From Trueperaceae bacterium (GTDB taxonomy: Bacteria > Deinococcota > Deinococci > Deinococcales > Trueperaceae): a stretch of 64,000 nucleotides of DNA. How positions within the stretch are numbered: position 1 is the stretch's first letter; every line of letters starts with the position of its first letter. This document shows positions 20,254 through 29,246 of the stretch, one piece after another. Position numbers and translations under genes: made by a program. The DNA lies in NCBI GenBank assembly GCA_040905465.1, contig JBBDRK010000052.1, forward strand, positions 1 through 64,000, in the 5' to 3' direction. Below the pieces are notes generated by a model, which was given only the letters and a program-made list of their open reading frames with translations, made no database searches and was not told where the DNA came from.

Positions 20254-21299
20254 GCGCCCTGGTCGCCCTGCAGCGGCGGATGACCGAGTTGGCTGTCGAT
20301 GCGCTGCTGATTACCGATCCTGCCAACGTCCGCTACCTGTCTGGCTTCACCACGCCCACCGATGGCCGGCTGCTGCTCACCTCCGACGGGTCCTGGCTCG
20401 TTACCGATCGGCGCTACCAGGCCCAGGCCGCCGAAGAGTCGCGGATTCCGGTGGAGATACGCCGCGACTGGGTGCCGTGGGTGGGCGAGCGCGTCGGTCG
20501 CGGCCGACTGGGAGTCGAGGCGGAGTCGCTTACCGTCGCCCTGTATGAGGAGCTCTCCGGCCACCTGGGCGGCGCCCCGCTGGCGCTGCGCGGACTGCTG
20601 CGCGATCGGCGGATGATCAAGGACGCCGTTGAGCAGGAGAAGCTGCGGCTGGCGGCCCGGATCACCGACCACGCCTTCGACCACATCCTCGGTTTCATGC
20701 GGGAAGGGTTGAGCGAGGTCGATGTGGCGTTGGAGCTCGAGCGCGCCATGCGGACCGAGGGAGCCGAAGCAAAGAGCTTCGACATTGTGGTCGCATCGGG
20801 CAACCGCTCCGAGATGCCGCACGGAGTGGCGTCACCCAAGAGACTCGAACGCGGAGAACTGGTGACTCTCGATTTTGGCGCGATGGTTGGCGGTTATCAC
20901 GCCGACATGACCAGGTCGGTGGCGATAGGCGAGCTCAGCGACGAGTTGAGGGCGCTGTACGACGCGGTGCTGGAGGCCGAGCAGGCGGCGCTGGCGGCAG
21001 CGCGGCCGGGAGTCACAGGCCACGATCTCGATGCTGTCGCCCGGGCAGTGTTGGCTCATCACAGGCTGGAGCAGTACTTCGCCCACAGCCTTGGACATGG
21101 TGTGGGACTCGAAATCCACGAAGGACCGAAGGTCGCCCGCGACTCGACCGACGTGCTCGAGCCGGGCATGGCGGTCACCATCGAACCGGGTGTCTACGTT
21201 GCCGGCGTCGGTGGGCTGCGCATCGAGGATCTCGTGCTCATCACCTCCAACGGAAACGAGCGACTGTCGCTGGCGCCCACCGAGCTCATCACGGTCTAG
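20250..21299 (+). CDS. Xaa-Pro aminopeptidase (M24)
   Basis: DFGA..GYHADMTR, HSLGHGVGLEIHE, EPGVY, GLRIED; GTGA overlap with tpiA. Confidence 0.93.
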   Translation: MSALVALQRRMTELAVDALLITDPANVRYLSGFTTPTDGRLLLTSDGSWLVTDRRYQAQAAEESRIPVEIRRDWVPWVGERVGRGRLGVEAESLTVALYEELSGHLGGAPLALRGLLRDRRMIKDAVEQEKLRLAARITDHAFDHILGFMREGLSEVDVALELERAMRTEGAEAKSFDIVVASGNRSEMPHGVASPKRLERGELVTLDFGAMVGGYHADMTRSVAIGELSDELRALYDAVLEAEQAALAAARPGVTGHDLDAVARAVLAHHRLEQYFAHSLGHGVGLEIHEGPKVARDSTDVLEPGMAVTIEPGVYVAGVGGLRIEDLVLITSNGNERLSLAPTELITV

Positions 21300-21416
21300 G
21301 CCGGGTCCCGCGACCCAGCTAGCTGTCGTGAGCGGCGTTACGCGACCGCTCTCGCGGTGACGCGAAAGGCGGAGTTCGCGCATGAGCCTGACCTGCGGAC
21401 GTCCGACGCCGCCCGC

Positions 21417-22829
21417 TCAGGCAGGAAGCCGTGCCACGAACCGTTTCGCCTCGGCCAGCAGCGCCTGGACCTCTTCGTCGCTGGCGGCCTCGGCATAGAT
21501 TCGCAAGAGCGGCTCGGTGCCGGAGGCGCGGAACAGCAACCAGGCGTCCTCGCCCAGGTTGAGCTTCACGCCGTCTCGCGTTTCCACCGACGAAACCTGG
21601 CGGCCGGCGACGGTTGCCGGCGGATCGGCCAACGCTGTCAGCACCGCCCCGCCGTCGGCGGCACTTTGCAGATGAAGGTCGGCGCGATCATAGGCGTGTC
21701 GCCAGTCGGCCTCTCGTTCCAGCGAGTCGAACAGCCGCTCGAGGCCGTCTCCCGAACCGACGAGCGCCTCCAGCACCAGCAGCGTGTTGGCGATCCCGTC
21801 GCGCTCGGGAATATGGCCGGCCACGCCGATTCCGCCCGACTCCTCGCCGCCGATAAGGACGTCCCCTGCCAGCATCCGCTCGACGATATTCTTGAACCCC
21901 ACGGCGGTCTCGACCACCTCCAGGCCCCGGGCTCGAGCCAGGCGTTCGATAAGCCGCGAAACCGTGAACGTCTTTACGACTTTCCCGCGCTGGCCGCGCC
22001 TGCCCATAAGGTCCAGCAGGACCGCGAAGATCTGGTGGCTGTTGAAGAATCTCCCGCCCGGCAGGACCAGCCCCAAGCGGTCGCCGTCACCATCGGTTGC
22101 CGCCGCGAAGAGCAGCTCGCCCTCCCGGGCGCGGGCGATGGTGAGCGCCAGGTTGGATGGCAACGGCTCGGGGTTCACCCCGTGGAACAGCGGATCGGAC
22201 CGCTTGCGGAGCTGCTCGACTCGAACCTCCAACCCGGCGAACCGCACGAAGCCGGATAGCCAGCCGCCGGCTGCCCCGCCCATCGAGTCGTGCACCAGCG
22301 TGCCACGCAAGGTTCGCAGCGCCTCGATATCGATCAGTTCCATCAGGCCCTGGTAGTAGGCGGGGCGCATGTCCACCACCTCCACGCTGCCGCTCCCCCC
22401 GGCCCGGCGCACCCGGTCGTCGCCGATGTCCTGCACCCGGCTGGCGACGTCCCGGTAGATGTCGTCCGTGGCGGTGCCCCCGTACGAGCCTTTCAACTTG
22501 AGGCCGTTGTACTGAGGCGGGTTGTGCGAGGCGGTCAGCATGACGCCGCCGCCGGCTCCGTGGTGAGCTACGGCGAACGACAGGGCAGGCGTGGGCACGT
22601 AGGTCGCCGACAGAAGTGCTGTGAGGCCGTTCGCCGCCATGACCTCCGCCGCCAGCCGGGCGAAGTGCTCGCCGCCGAAGCGGGTGTCGTACCCGACCGC
22701 CACCGAACTCCGGCCCGCCTCGACCAGGTGTTCGGCGTATGCCTGAGCGCAGCGTGCAACATTACGGTAGGTGAAGCGATCGGCGATGATGTCTCGCCAG
22801 CCGTCAGTACCGAACTCCAGTTTCTCCAC
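21417..22829 (-). CDS. Phosphoglucomutase/phosphomannomutase family protein
   Basis: FGTDGWR, TASHNP, DGDGDR, GEESGG, RASGTEP. Confidence 0.93.
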   Translation of the reverse strand: MEKLEFGTDGWRDIIADRFTYRNVARCAQAYAEHLVEAGRSSVAVGYDTRFGGEHFARLAAEVMAANGLTALLSATYVPTPALSFAVAHHGAGGGVMLTASHNPPQYNGLKLKGSYGGTATDDIYRDVASRVQDIGDDRVRRAGGSGSVEVVDMRPAYYQGLMELIDIEALRTLRGTLVHDSMGGAAGGWLSGFVRFAGLEVRVEQLRKRSDPLFHGVNPEPLPSNLALTIARAREGELLFAAATDGDGDRLGLVLPGGRFFNSHQIFAVLLDLMGRRGQRGKVVKTFTVSRLIERLARARGLEVVETAVGFKNIVERMLAGDVLIGGEESGGIGVAGHIPERDGIANTLLVLEALVGSGDGLERLFDSLEREADWRHAYDRADLHLQSAADGGAVLTALADPPATVAGRQVSSVETRDGVKLNLGEDAWLLFRASGTEPLLRIYAEAASDEEVQALLAEAKRFVARLPA

Positions 22830-22879
22830 TCGGACACCTTACCAAAGCCTGTGGAGCGGCCCTCGGGTAGACTCTGGCC

Positions 22880-23656
22880 ATGCCTAGCGTCATCAAGTAT
22901 GGGGGCAACGCCATGATCGACCTCGCGGTGCGCCGCGAGGTGGCCCGCACCATCCGGCAGGCGGCTCACGACGGCCTGGAACCGGTGGTGGTGCACGGCG
23001 GGGGCCCCTACATAGACGCCGAGCTGAAGCGCTTCGATATTCCCGTCCACTTTTTGCGCGGCCTGCGGGTCACCTCGGTAGAGGCCCTGGTGCCGGTCGA
23101 GCACGCCCTCACCCTGCTCGGCAAGCGGCTCGCCCAGGAGATCGGGTCGGCGGTAGCCCTCACCGGCCGCGACTCCGGCCTGCTCCGCGCCGAAACGTTC
23201 GATCCGGAACTTGGCCGGGTGGGCCGGATGGTGGATGTCAACAGCGGACTCCTGCTGCGCCTGCTGGGGATAGACGTGACGCCGGTCGTCGCCTGCCTGG
23301 CGCTCGACTCGTCGGAGGAACCGCTGAACGTGAACGCCGACGAGGTCGCCGGCTTCGTGGCAGGAGCGCTGGCCGCGCCGGTCGTGTTTCTCACCAACGT
23401 AGCGGGCGTGCTCGACGATCCGGGCGATCCGCACAGCAGGCTGCCGTCGCTGGATCGCCGGGAGGCCGAGCTTCGACTGGCCGACGGCCGCATCGCCGGC
23501 GGCATGATTCCCAAGGTGGAGTCGGCGCTGGCCGCCCTCGAGTGGGGAGCGATATCGGCGGTGATAGCCGATGGCCGCGATCCGGACGGTCTTCGCCTTG
23601 CGCTCGACGGCAGCCGCGGCACCACGATAACCGCCGTCGGGAACGGCTCTCGTTAG
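22880..23656 (+). CDS. argB: Acetylglutamate kinase
   Basis: IKYGGNAM, VHGGGP, GLRVT, NVNAD, GGMIPKV; a LysZ-type paralog is not excluded. Confidence 0.85.
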   Translation: MPSVIKYGGNAMIDLAVRREVARTIRQAAHDGLEPVVVHGGGPYIDAELKRFDIPVHFLRGLRVTSVEALVPVEHALTLLGKRLAQEIGSAVALTGRDSGLLRAETFDPELGRVGRMVDVNSGLLLRLLGIDVTPVVACLALDSSEEPLNVNADEVAGFVAGALAAPVVFLTNVAGVLDDPGDPHSRLPSLDRREAELRLADGRIAGGMIPKVESALAALEWGAISAVIADGRDPDGLRLALDGSRGTTITAVGNGSR

Positions 23657-23859
23657 TCGCGCTCAGCAATTGGGATCGCCGTCGCCTCAGCGGCGATTCG
23701 GCGCCGAGTCGACCGGCTATCGCGTCGGCAGCGTCCGCTTGCGGGGTCATCGCTCCTGATCTCCCGCTAGATCCGGATGGTGTGAAGCACGGATGAGAAA
23801 CCCAAAGCGTAAGCTTTCTCAAAGTCCATCTTTCTCACGGTCTGCTAAAGTGTGTCACA

Positions 23860-25005
23860 ATGCACGGCCAGCGCCGCTTTTTCTCGATCGTCATCGCCTC
23901 CATCGTCCTCACTTGTGCAAGCGCGCAGGAGATTTCCGTCCGTCCCGGAGATACATTGTGGGATCTGGCACGTCGTCACGGCACCACCGTGGATGCGTTG
24001 CGGCAGTCCAACGGACTCGTCGGTTCCGCCCTCCAGCCCGGAATGGTACTCGACCTGCCGATCGGATCGGATCCCTCACCGGCAAGCTATACGGTCAAGG
24101 CGGGGGACACGCTGTATGAGATCGCGCTCGCTTTCGGTCTCACGACCGACCAACTGATCGCCTACAACGATCTCGAAGGAACCGTAATCAGGCCCGGACA
24201 GATCCTCAGCCTGACCCATCCCGAGGTAGACCTGCCGCAGTTGGCGGTCACGATCAGGCCGGGCGACACGCTTTGGGGCATCGCCCGGGAAAACGACGTC
24301 ACCGTGGCCTCGCTCGCCGCCGCCAACGGTATCTCGGCCAGCGCGGTACTGCGCCCCGGCGACGTGTTGAGCGTACCCGGCCGGTACGCCGGCGGCCCCC
24401 AGGACCAGGGCGGGGCTGTCGCTCCAATAATCACCATCGCTCCCGGCGAAAGCCTGTCCCTGATCGCCCGCCGCTACGACACCACGGTAGCCGCTCTCAT
24501 GGCCGCCAACGAACTCACCACAACCGCCATTCGCGCCGGCGAACGGCTACGGATCGTACCGGGCAGCCAGTTGGTTCGCGCAGCGGTGGAGCTGGCGCCC
24601 GCCCGCCAAGCGGGCGCCATGCTGTGGCCAATCCACGGTGAGCTGACCAGCCGTTTCGGTTACCGTCGACTGCGCATCGGCGGGACCAACATGCACTACG
24701 GCCTCGATATCGACGGCGACATCGGCGATCCCATCCGTGCCGCGGTACCGGGCACGGTGGTCTACAGTGGCTGGCAGGGTGGCTACGGCAACCTGGTGAT
24801 CATCGAGAACGGCGGGACGGAATTCTACTACGCTCACGCATCTACTTTGCAAGTACGGCTCGGACAATCGGTCGCGATGGGGCAGGTCATCGCCACCGTC
24901 GGCGCGACCGGTCGTGCGACCGGTTCACACCTTCACTTCGAGATCCGTGTCGACGGCACTCCAATCGACCCACTCCCGATACTCCAGGCGCAGGCTCAAC
25001 GCTGA
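23860..25005 (+). CDS. Secreted M23 peptidase with four LysM domains
   Basis: Signal peptide; four GDTL/GESL LysM repeats; HYGLD and HLHFE zinc motifs. Confidence 0.93.
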   Translation: MHGQRRFFSIVIASIVLTCASAQEISVRPGDTLWDLARRHGTTVDALRQSNGLVGSALQPGMVLDLPIGSDPSPASYTVKAGDTLYEIALAFGLTTDQLIAYNDLEGTVIRPGQILSLTHPEVDLPQLAVTIRPGDTLWGIARENDVTVASLAAANGISASAVLRPGDVLSVPGRYAGGPQDQGGAVAPIITIAPGESLSLIARRYDTTVAALMAANELTTTAIRAGERLRIVPGSQLVRAAVELAPARQAGAMLWPIHGELTSRFGYRRLRIGGTNMHYGLDIDGDIGDPIRAAVPGTVVYSGWQGGYGNLVIIENGGTEFYYAHASTLQVRLGQSVAMGQVIATVGATGRATGSHLHFEIRVDGTPIDPLPILQAQAQR

Positions 25006-25089
25006 GCGTCGCCCGGGCGTTCGTGCGTCGGCCAGATCGGCCGCGCACGGGGTCCCCGGCCCGGCATCGCTGGCTCATGAAAGGCAAAA

Positions 25090-25869
25090 GTGCACCTGGT
25101 CGTCATCGGTGACATCCATGCGCAAGCGGACAAACTGAGGCGCATCCTCACCGAGTCGGGTATGGCGGATGCCGACGGTGGTGCGAGCGAGCGCCTGCGC
25201 GAGGACAGCGACCTGCGACTGGTCCTGCTGGGCGACCTGGTTCACGCCAAGAGCCGGGAACAGTACAGCCGGCTGGCCGACGTGCGCCGCTTCGACGAGT
25301 ACAACCCGCGGCACCTTCGTAAGGCCGAGGCCGCCCAGGAGCGCTTCCTGAGCGAGGTGCGCGCGTTCCAGGAGTCTCTGCCGGCGGGCCGGATGACGAT
25401 CCTCATGGGCAACCACGACCACAACGCAGTACACCGCGAGCAGGGCCCGCTGCGGACGGACGACGTGACCCATCTCGAGTGGAAGGAAGGAAACGGCGGC
25501 GAGTTACCCAGCGAGCTGACGGAATGGATGCGCGCCTGGCCCTACGAGCTGCTGGTCGAAGGCCTGCACTTCGCCCATGTCGGGCCGCTGCCGGAGCACA
25601 ACACCTTCGATACCGGCTTCTACCTGGAGAACCGCCGGCGCTGGATCTACGAGGAGCGCGACTGGCTTGACGGTACCGATTACCGGCTGGGCGTCTACGG
25701 TCACACGCCGGTTCGAGGCGGCGTGAACCTCACCTCCAAGGGCCGCGTAATCCTGCTGGATACCAACGGTCACGGCGACGAATATTGCTACCTGGAGATC
25801 GATACCGAGCCGGACAGTTACCGCTTGCGGATGCGCGGCCTGTTCTTCGACGAGATCGTGAGCCGCTAG
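25090..25869 (+). CDS. Calcineurin-like metallophosphoesterase
   Basis: GDIH, GDLVH, GNHD, GHT motifs. Confidence 0.88.
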   Translation: MHLVVIGDIHAQADKLRRILTESGMADADGGASERLREDSDLRLVLLGDLVHAKSREQYSRLADVRRFDEYNPRHLRKAEAAQERFLSEVRAFQESLPAGRMTILMGNHDHNAVHREQGPLRTDDVTHLEWKEGNGGELPSELTEWMRAWPYELLVEGLHFAHVGPLPEHNTFDTGFYLENRRRWIYEERDWLDGTDYRLGVYGHTPVRGGVNLTSKGRVILLDTNGHGDEYCYLEIDTEPDSYRLRMRGLFFDEIVSR

Positions 25870-25992
25870 ATCTCCTCGCCATGAGCCGTTAGGTCCATCG
25901 GTCGGCGGCCTGTCCTCTGGCGAGATGGTGAGCCGCTACGTTTCGTCGGGCGGCAGCCTGTGCTCGCCCGAACCCGCAACAGCCTGTACGGT

Positions 25993-28074
25993 TCAGTTTT
26001 CGGCTACCTGCGCATATCCGGGGGCGAACAGGAGCCAAATGCGAAACGGCCTCAGGTCCACCGGCCTCCCACCGGAGTCGACGAACGTCACGCCCCGGCC
26101 GCCGTCTTGCGCCGGCAGCCACCTTCCCGATATCGCTCTGCCCCGCAGGTGCAGCGTCGCCTCCCCTCCACGGAGCGGGATGTAGAGCCGCCCGGCCGGG
26201 TCGTCGGGGATCTGACGGACGTCGATGCTGGCCACCAGCACCGCTTCGACGAACACGGCCTCCCCCCGGAAGTCCACTGCGTTCTCCCCGTTGCGGCGCC
26301 ACCGGTAGATATCCAGTTCCTGGATGTAGCCGAAGCCGCTCCGGTAGTTGCCGCCGTAGCGCACCTCCACCGATTGCGCCTCGCGGGCGTCCTCGGGAGG
26401 GCGCGGCACGACGCCCCGCAGTTCCAACGACCGGTCGAGCCGCAGCCGATTTACCGCTTCTCGCAGAGATACGCCGTTGGAATAGAGGTTATACGGGGCG
26501 TCCCTCCCCTGCTGGCGGGAGAACAGGTCACCGAAGCGGAAGGCGTTGAGCGTCGGCAAAGTTCCCCTGTCGATGGCGGCGAGCGCGTCGGGGGAGCCTC
26601 CGTCGTGAACCAGGATCCCGTCGTAGCTCCGGGCCAGGTTCACGAAGTAATCGCGAGCGCTGCGGATCGGGCCCACCTGGCCGGGATCACGACGGTCGTA
26701 CATGGCCATCAGCCTGGTCAGGCCGCCCTCGACCGGCATCTCGGCGATCAGGGAGGCCTCGGTGAGCCCGGCCTGCGGGTAGCCCCGGGCATTATCGAGC
26801 AGGACGGCCAACGGCCGCTCGCGCTCCTCGCGGTAGGGAATCTGCGGACGCACCGACCTGGCACCGGTTGCGTCGCCCTCGGCGGTGTCCGCCGCCCGGC
26901 CCAGATTACCGGCCTGAGCACCGTCGGCTGCCCGGTCCTGGGCGGTGCGATCGGCATTTCCGCCGGGACGCCTGTCGTCGTTCCGATTGCTCGGATTGGG
27001 AGCCGTGCCGGCAGGGGCGGCGCCGGCGAGTGCCGCGCCACCCTCCGGCTCGGGCGCGGTTACCTCGGCTCGGATCGACGGCGTAGGTACGGCCACCGGC
27101 CGGCTCACCGCCACCTGGGCCGATACCGTGACCGGCCGCGCAGGTGCGACCTCGGCCTGCGCACCCGGCATCGGAATCGCTCGGGCTCCCGCCACCTCGG
27201 CAGCGGCCGTCGGGACCGGCACCGGGCGGGCGGCGGTAACGCTCGCCTCGGCAGCGGGTCGCGGCACCGGTGTGGCCTCGGCAACCTCCGCGGCCGCACT
27301 CGGTCGTGGGATCGCTACCGCCTCGGCCACCTGGGCCGTGGCCGCCGGCGTAGGTACCGGCTCTGCCGCCGCAACCTCGGCGGCGGCGCGTGGAACCGGT
27401 ACCGGCCGCTCCGCCGCGACCCGCACGCTCGGCGTGACCGCCACCGTTCGACTCTCCGGAACTCGTGCCGCGGCTGAGGGCCGCGGAATCGTGACGGCCT
27501 GCTCGGCCGGCCTCGGCGCCAGCTCGACCTCATCGATCTCAGGCAGTGCCGTGGCGGTGGTGGCGGCCACCGGCAAGTCGGCCGCGGCGGCTGCCGGTTG
27601 CGGTTGCCGCACCTGCGGTGTCGGCGCCACGGGAGCCGCGCTTCGGCTGTCCCGGCTGCGCTCGACCGGTTCCTCCGGGGGAGTGCGCTCCTCGACCGCC
27701 TGCTGCCGGGGCCTGGGTTGCGGCTGCGGTTGCGGCACCGGTTGCTCGGTGCGCGGTGCCGGATCGGGCGCCACAGTCTCCGTATTGTCGGAAGTCCGCG
27801 CTTGCGGCTCACCCGTCTCCTCGTCAGCGACCTGAGGCGTGGGGGCCGCTGGCGCCGCTTCGTCCACCGTCGGGGCCTGCACCACCCGGTCGGCCTGCTC
27901 CGGATTACCGAGATCTATCACCAGAAACTGCTCGAGCGGCACCGGGCGCGGCTGCGACAGCCACAGGACGAACAGCAGCAGGGCGCACAGGTGCGCGACC
28001 AGCGAAAGCATGAACGCCCGCCGGCGGTCGGCATCGTTCCACCAGCGTCCAAGCACGGCACGGGCGCTCTCCAC
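25993..28074 (-). CDS. TonB/TolA-like membrane-anchored Pro/Ala-rich protein with C-terminal DUF3048/YerB-like domain
   Basis: TM with SxxxH (LSLVAHL), long Pro-rich linker, C-terminal RPLAVLLDN..PQAGL..EMPVEGGLTRL..GPIRSAR; abuts exbD. Confidence 0.75.
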   Translation of the reverse strand: MESARAVLGRWWNDADRRRAFMLSLVAHLCALLLFVLWLSQPRPVPLEQFLVIDLGNPEQADRVVQAPTVDEAAPAAPTPQVADEETGEPQARTSDNTETVAPDPAPRTEQPVPQPQPQPRPRQQAVEERTPPEEPVERSRDSRSAAPVAPTPQVRQPQPAAAAADLPVAATTATALPEIDEVELAPRPAEQAVTIPRPSAAARVPESRTVAVTPSVRVAAERPVPVPRAAAEVAAAEPVPTPAATAQVAEAVAIPRPSAAAEVAEATPVPRPAAEASVTAARPVPVPTAAAEVAGARAIPMPGAQAEVAPARPVTVSAQVAVSRPVAVPTPSIRAEVTAPEPEGGAALAGAAPAGTAPNPSNRNDDRRPGGNADRTAQDRAADGAQAGNLGRAADTAEGDATGARSVRPQIPYREERERPLAVLLDNARGYPQAGLTEASLIAEMPVEGGLTRLMAMYDRRDPGQVGPIRSARDYFVNLARSYDGILVHDGGSPDALAAIDRGTLPTLNAFRFGDLFSRQQGRDAPYNLYSNGVSLREAVNRLRLDRSLELRGVVPRPPEDAREAQSVEVRYGGNYRSGFGYIQELDIYRWRRNGENAVDFRGEAVFVEAVLVASIDVRQIPDDPAGRLYIPLRGGEATLHLRGRAISGRWLPAQDGGRGVTFVDSGGRPVDLRPFRIWLLFAPGYAQVAEN
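27133..27402 (-). repeat. Six 45-bp (15-aa) coding tandem repeats
   Basis: VPVPRAAAEVAAAEP / VPTPAATAQVAEAVA / IPRPSAAAEVAEATP / VPRPAAEASVTAARP / VPVPTAAAEVAGARA / IPMPGAQAEVAPARP, with degenerate copies on both flanks. Confidence 0.85.
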
Positions 28075-28476
28075 TCAGCCGCCCGTGGCTATCGAGATGC
28101 GCTGCGCCCCGGACTGCCGAATCAGATCGTAGACCCGCACCGCGAGTCCGTGCGGGACGCTCTGGTCGGCCCGGAAGACGACAACACCCTGTCCGGTCGC
28201 TTCGAGCTGCGCCCTGAGGGCGGCAACGAGCTCCGACTCCTGTATCTCCGTGCCCGCCAGGAAGATCACCTGCTCGCTGGTAACGGTGACGGTCGGGATG
28301 TCGGTCGCCTGCGCCTGCGAGCTGCTCGCCTGCGGCAGGTCAACCGGCAGTCCGGACTCCAGCGTGATGAAGGTGGTCGAAACCATGAAGAAGATGATCA
28401 GGAGGAACACCACGTCGACCATCGGCGTGAGGTCGAGGGTCGTGTCGCGCCGGGTGAAGCGCGGCCGGCGTCTCAT
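28075..28476 (-). CDS. exbD: Biopolymer transporter ExbD/TolR
   Basis: LTPMVDVVFLLIIFFMV with the conserved TM Asp; VDLPQA; RAD..V.HG. Confidence 0.93.
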   Translation of the reverse strand: MRRRPRFTRRDTTLDLTPMVDVVFLLIIFFMVSTTFITLESGLPVDLPQASSSQAQATDIPTVTVTSEQVIFLAGTEIQESELVAALRAQLEATGQGVVVFRADQSVPHGLAVRVYDLIRQSGAQRISIATGG

Positions 28477-29150
28477 GCTTCCGACGGAATCGGATCGTAG
28501 CTGCGTTCGCTCCTCTTGTCGTCGCCCCGTTTCTCATCGCGCCGCGCCGCTACCACCTGGACGACGTTGCCCATCAACTCCTCGCGCCGCCGGTCGATCT
28601 CGAGCAGAATGCTGTCCACCCGGCTGGCGAGGTAGTTGGCGCCGATGAGCGCCGGGATGGCCACGATCAGGCCGGCGGCAGTTGTCACCAGCGCCTGCCC
28701 GATACCGTCGGCCAGCGCCGCGGGATTGCCGGTACCCTGCTGCGAGATCTCGCCGAAGGCGATGATCATGCCGGTGACCGTACCCAACAGCCCCATCAGC
28801 GGCGCGATCTGGGCGATCGTCGACAACGGCCTCAATCCGCGCGAGAGACGCTGCTCCTCCTGCAGGGTGGCCTCCTGAAAGGCCGCCTCCACTGCCGCCC
28901 GTCCGTACGGCAGGCGCCTGAGGGCAGACTGGATCACGCGCGCGACCGGGCCCCCGTGACGCTCGCAGGCGGCCAGGGCGAGCTCCAGATCGCGGTCCCG
29001 AACGGCGGCGTTGACCTTCAACATGAGGGCGTCGGCTTCCACCCGTTCCTTCGACAGCTTGAGGAACCGCTCGATGAACAGGTAGAGAGCGTAAAGCGAA
29101 ACTATCAGTATAGCGACGAGAATGATGCCGCCGCTCAGAAGTAAATCCAC
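28473..29150 (-). CDS. exbB: MotA/TolQ/ExbB proton channel protein
   Basis: APLMGLLGTVTGMI, GIGQALVTTAAGLIVAIPA; ATGA overlap with exbD. Confidence 0.93.
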   Translation of the reverse strand: MDLLLSGGIILVAILIVSLYALYLFIERFLKLSKERVEADALMLKVNAAVRDRDLELALAACERHGGPVARVIQSALRRLPYGRAAVEAAFQEATLQEEQRLSRGLRPLSTIAQIAPLMGLLGTVTGMIIAFGEISQQGTGNPAALADGIGQALVTTAAGLIVAIPALIGANYLASRVDSILLEIDRRREELMGNVVQVVAARRDEKRGDDKRSERSYDPIPSEA

Positions 29151-29246
29151 GTGGAGCTCCTCACCTAAATATCACGACATCCTATCGGATGATCCCTCCG
29201 AAACTGATGAGAGGACACGCTTCCCATGGTACCGCTACCGCGCGGT

